Source of the DNA: a virus
Virus record (IMG/VR): IMGVR_UViG_3300042384_000211
Coordinates: 32,001 to 96,000 of that record
Length of the DNA: 64,000 nt
Direction: 5' to 3' (one strand)
The notes beneath the pieces were generated by a model. The model saw nothing but the letters and a program-made list of their open reading frames with translations. It made no database searches and had not been told where the DNA came from. Position numbers and translations under genes: made by a program. Below, piece by piece: positions 59,623 through 64,000 of the stretch (positions within the stretch are counted from its first letter, which is position 1; every line of letters starts with the position of its first letter).

Positions 59623-59924
59623 GCATCTGGCTCTAGTTTAATCACCAAAGGAAATCCATTAGTGCGAGCTAACTGTGTAACTTCTACACCTTTTTGTTCT
59701 GCCATTTCGTAGGGCAAAACTGCTACTGCGGCTGACCCTTCATCATGAATCTTTTTAGTTATTTCTGAAGCTGTGTCGGCAGAATGATTGAACACTACCA
59801 TAAGGCTTTCAATAACAAATTCCATAGTAGTTACATTATCGTTGAGATACAGCACTTTGAACATAGGAGGTTCTTTCACACCCATATTTACCTGTGGCTT
59901 TACTCTGGTTACGGCTTTGCCCAT
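59619..59924 (-). CDS. clpS: ClpS N-end-rule adaptor
   Basis: PPMFKVLYLNDNVTTMEFV...IHDEG...YEMAEQK. Confidence 0.92.
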   Translation of the reverse strand: MGKAVTRVKPQVNMGVKEPPMFKVLYLNDNVTTMEFVIESLMVVFNHSADTASEITKKIHDEGSAAVAVLPYEMAEQKGVEVTQLARTNGFPLVIKLEPDA

Positions 59925-59987
59925 ATATGCTTCTCTCTATTTGTGTTGATAATAGGTGGAGTTTCCTCCACCCTTATAGTTATTATA

Positions 59988-60452
59988 CTATTTTTCGAAT
60001 GAAATTGCAACCTTTTGTCTAACTGGCTCAGGTATAAATTGAACCAATTTAACTGTTAGGATGCCATTTTTAACGTGCGCTGAGTTGACTTCTACTCCTT
60101 CAGCAAGTTTGATACGTTTGACAAAATCACGAGCAGCGATACCACGATGAATGTACTCTACTGGATTTTCGCGTAATTCTTCAAATGCCTCTTCTAAGCT
60201 AACTTCACGGTTAGTGCCACGGATAACTAATTCACCGTTTTCGATTTCTACATCTAATTCGTCTTCAGCAAAACCAGCTACTGCTAGTTCAATAGCGTAG
60301 TTATTTTCGTTTAGTTTAATTAGATTAAACGGTGGGTAGCCACTGTCCTTACCACGTTGCTCTAAGTGTTGCAGTTGTGCAAACAAATCATCAAAGCCAA
60401 TAGCAAATTTATAGATGCTAGGGATATCAAGGGTTGTGTAAACTTGTTTCAT
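59988..60452 (-). CDS. small heat shock protein (IbpA/Hsp20)
   Basis: IGFD, YPPFN, IELAVAGF, YIHRGIA.RDF, NGILTV. Confidence 0.93.
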   Translation of the reverse strand: MKQVYTTLDIPSIYKFAIGFDDLFAQLQHLEQRGKDSGYPPFNLIKLNENNYAIELAVAGFAEDELDVEIENGELVIRGTNREVSLEEAFEELRENPVEYIHRGIAARDFVKRIKLAEGVEVNSAHVKNGILTVKLVQFIPEPVRQKVAISFEK

Positions 60453-62371
60453 TATTTACTCTCCTTGTTAACTTCTGTGAATTCAGCATCCACAACACCA
60501 TCTTGCGCATCCGTTGGTGTCTGCTGACCCGGCTCAACTGTTGCTGACTCTTGTGCTTGTTTAGCTTGGTAGATTGGTGCTACTGGTTCTGCTAATTTTA
60601 CCATTGCTGATTTAATTGCTTCTGCATCATCACCTTTAATGGCTTCTTCTACAGCGGCAATAGCATCATTGATTGCAGTATGTTGTTCAGCAGTTACCGA
60701 GTCACCAGCTTCTTCTACAGTTTTCTTAACATCGTGAACCTGTGCTTCAGCTTGGTTACGTGCATCAACTAATTCACGCAATTTTTTATCTGCATCGGCA
60801 TTAACTTCTGCATCCTGTACCATTGCATCAATTTCTTCTTCAGTTAAACCTGAGTTAGCTTTGATAGTAATCTTGTTTTCTTTGCCAGTTGCTTTATCTT
60901 TAGCACTTACTTTTAAGATACCATTAGCATCAATGTCAAGAGTAATTTCAATTTGTGGTTGACCACGACGTTGCGGTTCGATACCTTCTAAGTTGAACTG
61001 GCCAAGTACTTTATTGTCTTTGACAAACTCACGCTCACCTTGTGCTACCATAACAGTAACAGCTGGTTGATTGTCCTCTGCTGTAGAGAATGTTTGGCTT
61101 GCTTTGGTAGGAATGGTTGTATTTTTCTTAATCAGCTTGGTCATAATACCACCCATTGTTTCAATACCCAATGATAGTGGAGTTACGTCTAGTAACAATA
61201 CATCAGTTTTATCGCCGCCTAGTACAGCACCTTGAATAGCCGCACCGACTGCTACAGCTTCATCTGGGTTAACGTCTTTACGTGGAGCCTTACCAAAGAA
61301 TGCTTCAACAGCTTCTTGTACTTTAGGCATACGTGTTTGACCACCGACTAAGATAACATCGTCAATGTCACTAATGCTAATACCAGAGTCTTTAACAGCA
61401 ATCTTACATGGATCAATTGAACGTTTGATTAAATCTTCAACTAGACCTTCAAACTTGCTACGTGTTAGTTTAACTGATAAGTGTTTAGGACCAGTAGCAT
61501 CAGCAGTAATGTATGGTAAGTTTACATCTGTCTGTGTTGAACTTGACAATTCAATCTTAGCCTTCTCAGCTGATTCTTTAAGACGTTGTAAGGCCAGCAT
61601 GTCTTGTTTTAAGTCAATGCCAGATTCTTTCTTAAACTCGTCTACCAAGTATTCCATAATACGTTGGTCAAAGTCTTCACCGCCTAAGAATGTATCACCA
61701 TTAGTTGACAATACTTCAAATTGTTTTTCACCGTCGATGTCACTGATTTCAATAATACTAATATCAAATGTACCACCACCTAGGTCATACACAGCAATCT
61801 TACGGTCTTTTTTATCACCTTTATCGCAACCAAATGCTAGTGCAGCCGCAGTTGGTTCGTTGATAATACGCAATACTTCTAAGCCTGCAATACGACCTGC
61901 ATCTTTAGTTGCTTGACGTTGGCTGTCATTGAAGTAAGCAGGTACTGTAATAACTGCCTGCGTTACACTGTAACCCAAATAGTCTTCTGCTGTTAATTTC
62001 ATTTTGCGCAGAACTTCTGCTGAAATTTGTGGAGGTGCTAGTTTGTCACCGTTGACTTCGACCCATGCATCACCATTTTCGTTTTTAACGATTTTGTATG
62101 GCATTAGGTCAATGTCTTTTTGTACTGCTGGCTCGTCAAACTTACGACCAATTAGTCGTTTGCTGGCGTAGATTGTGTTTTTTGGATTAGTAACTGCTTG
62201 GCGTTTAGCACTAGCCCCCACAATGATTTCATCGCCGTAGGCAACGATACTTGGTGTAGTACGAGCACCTTCGTTATTTTCAATTACACGTGATTTATTG
62301 TTTTCAAGAATTGCGACGCAACTATTTGTAGTTCCAAGGTCTATGCCCAGAACAGGTGATTTTCTTGTCAT
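60452..62371 (-). CDS. dnaK: molecular chaperone DnaK
   Basis: [29 protein letters not shown]; start MTRK has an AGGAG RBS. Confidence 0.98.
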   Translation of the reverse strand: MTRKSPVLGIDLGTTNSCVAILENNKSRVIENNEGARTTPSIVAYGDEIIVGASAKRQAVTNPKNTIYASKRLIGRKFDEPAVQKDIDLMPYKIVKNENGDAWVEVNGDKLAPPQISAEVLRKMKLTAEDYLGYSVTQAVITVPAYFNDSQRQATKDAGRIAGLEVLRIINEPTAAALAFGCDKGDKKDRKIAVYDLGGGTFDISIIEISDIDGEKQFEVLSTNGDTFLGGEDFDQRIMEYLVDEFKKESGIDLKQDMLALQRLKESAEKAKIELSSSTQTDVNLPYITADATGPKHLSVKLTRSKFEGLVEDLIKRSIDPCKIAVKDSGISISDIDDVILVGGQTRMPKVQEAVEAFFGKAPRKDVNPDEAVAVGAAIQGAVLGGDKTDVLLLDVTPLSLGIETMGGIMTKLIKKNTTIPTKASQTFSTAEDNQPAVTVMVAQGEREFVKDNKVLGQFNLEGIEPQRRGQPQIEITLDIDANGILKVSAKDKATGKENKITIKANSGLTEEEIDAMVQDAEVNADADKKLRELVDARNQAEAQVHDVKKTVEEAGDSVTAEQHTAINDAIAAVEEAIKGDDAEAIKSAMVKLAEPVAPIYQAKQAQESATVEPGQQTPTDAQDGVVDAEFTEVNKESK

Positions 62372-62375
62372 ATAT

Positions 62376-62434
62376 TTCTCCTTTAAGTTAAGCAAGAATA
62401 AATTAATTACGAACCCTATTATAGGCATTCGTAT
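62376..62434 (-). promoter_or_regulatory. ROSE-like 5' UTR structure (putative RNA thermometer) of dnaK-hsp20
   Basis: UACGAA-UGCCUAUAAUAGGG-UUCGUA hairpin, then UCUUGCU able to pair with AGGAGA. Confidence 0.6.
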
Positions 62435-62464
62435 TACTATTTATCATTAAAGTATAACACTTCT

Positions 62465-63214
62465 TTATTTTTTTGTCAACAATTTTTGCCACTTTTCTCT
62501 ATTATAATTAGTTTTACCGTGGCAGGCTTTACATAACGGAATAAGATTTTCTAATAGATTATTTGTTTTATTGTAATCTATATGATGTATATCTAATTCT
62601 TCTGTTACAGTATTACATAGTTGACAAGTCAGATTATGTGCTTCTTTAATTTTATATTTTAATTCTTTATTAAATTCTAAACCGTATTCGCCATTGGATA
62701 TTCCGCCCAGCCAATTTGGATGATTTTCTTTCTTGGGTGTATTTTGTGTTTGCTTTTCTTTTTGCTCAGGTGTATATGCCCATTTGCCTTGTTTGGTTTC
62801 TCTGAGATGTTGTTTGGTTTCTTCGGAATGAGTGTGTCCGAAAAATCCATTATTTTCGCCAAGCCTGGCTTGGGGATTTTCTGCCAGATATTGCGTTAAA
62901 CTTTTACTAATTTTTTCAGCAACACCCGGAAAAGTCGAAGGATTATTAGTAGATGATAACTCACTCATCTTTTTCCTAAATTCAGCAGCAAATTCTTCAC
63001 CTACTCGTTGTTCCCACGAGATTGATTTTTGCCAATATTTGTGACATTCACGAGAACAGGCGAGTTTTCGCCTGTCTGTTGTCACAGGAAGATTGTAATC
63101 TTCACTGTTTTTATCGCCTATCATTCTTATTGGGAAGTGATTATTACATTGGGGATTAATACATTTTTTATTTTGAATGTATGTATATTTTCTATCGAAG
63201 TTAAACTTAGCCAT
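62465..63214 (-). mobile_element. HNH homing endonuclease with NUMOD3 and Zn-finger motifs
   Basis: HSEETKQHL, NWLGG, CQLC...DIHHIDYNKTNN..NLIPLCKACH. Confidence 0.85.
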
Positions 63215-63269
63215 ATATTTTTCCTGGTGCTAAGTTTATTTATCAGTTCTAAGTCAATACCTATTATTC

Positions 63270-63506
63270 TTAATAAAGTTTTGCTGGTAAGTGTTGGCTA
63301 GATAGTTTCTTTTTCCAACGTTGTTTTGCAGCTGCTTTTTTGCGTTTTTTAGCCACAGTTGGTTTTTCATAAGATTCGCGATCACGCAATTCTTGTAACA
63401 ATCCAGAATCTTGAACTTTCTTTTTTAATTTACGAATAGCTTGCTCTACGTTGTCGTTTTTAACGTAAACAGTGCATCCATAGACTTGTGTATTATCGAG
63501 TGACAA
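63270..63506 (-). CDS. rpsU: ribosomal protein bS21
   Basis: VEQAIRKLKKKV...ELRDRESYEKPT..KKRKK. Confidence 0.88.
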   Translation of the reverse strand: MSLDNTQVYGCTVYVKNDNVEQAIRKLKKKVQDSGLLQELRDRESYEKPTVAKKRKKAAAKQRWKKKLSSQHLPAKLY

Positions 63507-63530
63507 ATTAAATTTCCTTAGGTAAAATAT

Positions 63531-63836
63531 TTATACTTCTTGTGGAGTTGCATCAAAATTTTGAAAATAATCTAATAAATTATTTACTTGTAGATTATTA
63601 GTGTCCTTAACCAATGTGCAGTCTAAATTATCATTAATATCATTTAACCAACTTGAATCATCTATATCTTGTTTGTACAAGTAAACATCATAATTTTTAG
63701 CACTAACTTTACAAAACATGCCTATGTTAATAACATCGTCAGTGTCTGCATCAATTATTAGGACTGTGTGACTATTTGGTGACTTTGGTTCAATGCTAGG
63801 GTGAGTTATAAATCTACTGTTTGTTTGGTGAGTCAT
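63531..63836 (-). CDS. hypothetical protein
   Basis: 101-aa ORF in operon orientation. Confidence 0.65.
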   Translation of the reverse strand: MTHQTNSRFITHPSIEPKSPNSHTVLIIDADTDDVINIGMFCKVSAKNYDVYLYKQDIDDSSWLNDINDNLDCTLVKDTNNLQVNNLLDYFQNFDATPQEV

Positions 63837-63999
63837 TTAGATACCTTTGAATTTGCTCTTGTTCTGTATCGGTAAGTAATTCGATATCATACTCACCAAG
63901 GTCAATCTTTTCAATAAGATGTTTGATATATAGCTGATCATAGGCAAATTGATCAGTTTTTTCTTTGTCTACTTCTATCCACTTTTTATCGTTCCATTT
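63814..63999 (-). CDS. hypothetical protein (partial, 3' end)
   Basis: open frame KWNDKKWIEVDK...YLNDSPNKQ* entering from the window end. Confidence 0.6.
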   Translation of the reverse strand, partial: KWNDKKWIEVDKEKTDQFAYDQLYIKHLIEKIDLGEYDIELLTDTEQEQIQRYLNDSPNKQ

Positions 64000-64000
64000 A

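Noticed and set aside
62465-63214. Intron or intein association of the HNH genes
   Set aside because: The flanking genes (dnaK, rpsU, ahpC, pqqA) are intact, so the endonucleases are free-standing

Overview
This AT-rich window comes from a large T4-like/jumbo myophage, read in the standard genetic code, with most genes on the minus strand. Left to right it holds: early and replication genes (gamma-glutamylcyclotransferase, SleB-type hydrolase, ATP-dependent DNA ligase); a flavin-dependent halogenase and a U32-like gene next to a 15-kb tail-fibre and structural block; groES/groEL; a ParB/DGQHR-like plus HNH pair; a circularly permuted two-piece tmRNA with an unusually long tag; a block of short early genes under near-identical sigma70 promoters (clpP, traR/dksA); uvsE; and a sugar-modification cluster (UDP-sugar dehydrogenase, 2OG-Fe oxygenase, amidinotransferase, putative glycosyltransferases). 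These are followed by a lipase and holin-like late cassette, a PBP7-like peptidase, a CHASE2 adenylate cyclase, a host-derived island (rpoZ, cytochrome c, ahpC, an unannotated 23-aa pqqA, a PlcP/LpxH-like hydrolase and two porins with Pho-box-like repeats), a curli-like csgF-csgG-curlin-FecR-curlin operon, and clpS, hsp20, dnaK and rpsU. PqqA and the porins point to a betaproteobacterial methylotroph host (Methylophilaceae-like; inference). The best candidates for new biology are (1) phage-encoded pqqA plus cytochrome c, (2) a curli/FecR/CHASE2-cyclase trans-envelope signalling module with a stand-alone cyclase-tail protein, (3) the two-piece tmRNA with a ~30-aa tag beside phage ClpP, and (4) a shared ROSE-like RNA thermometer upstream of groES and dnaK. 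All family assignments are by motif recognition only; no database searches were run.
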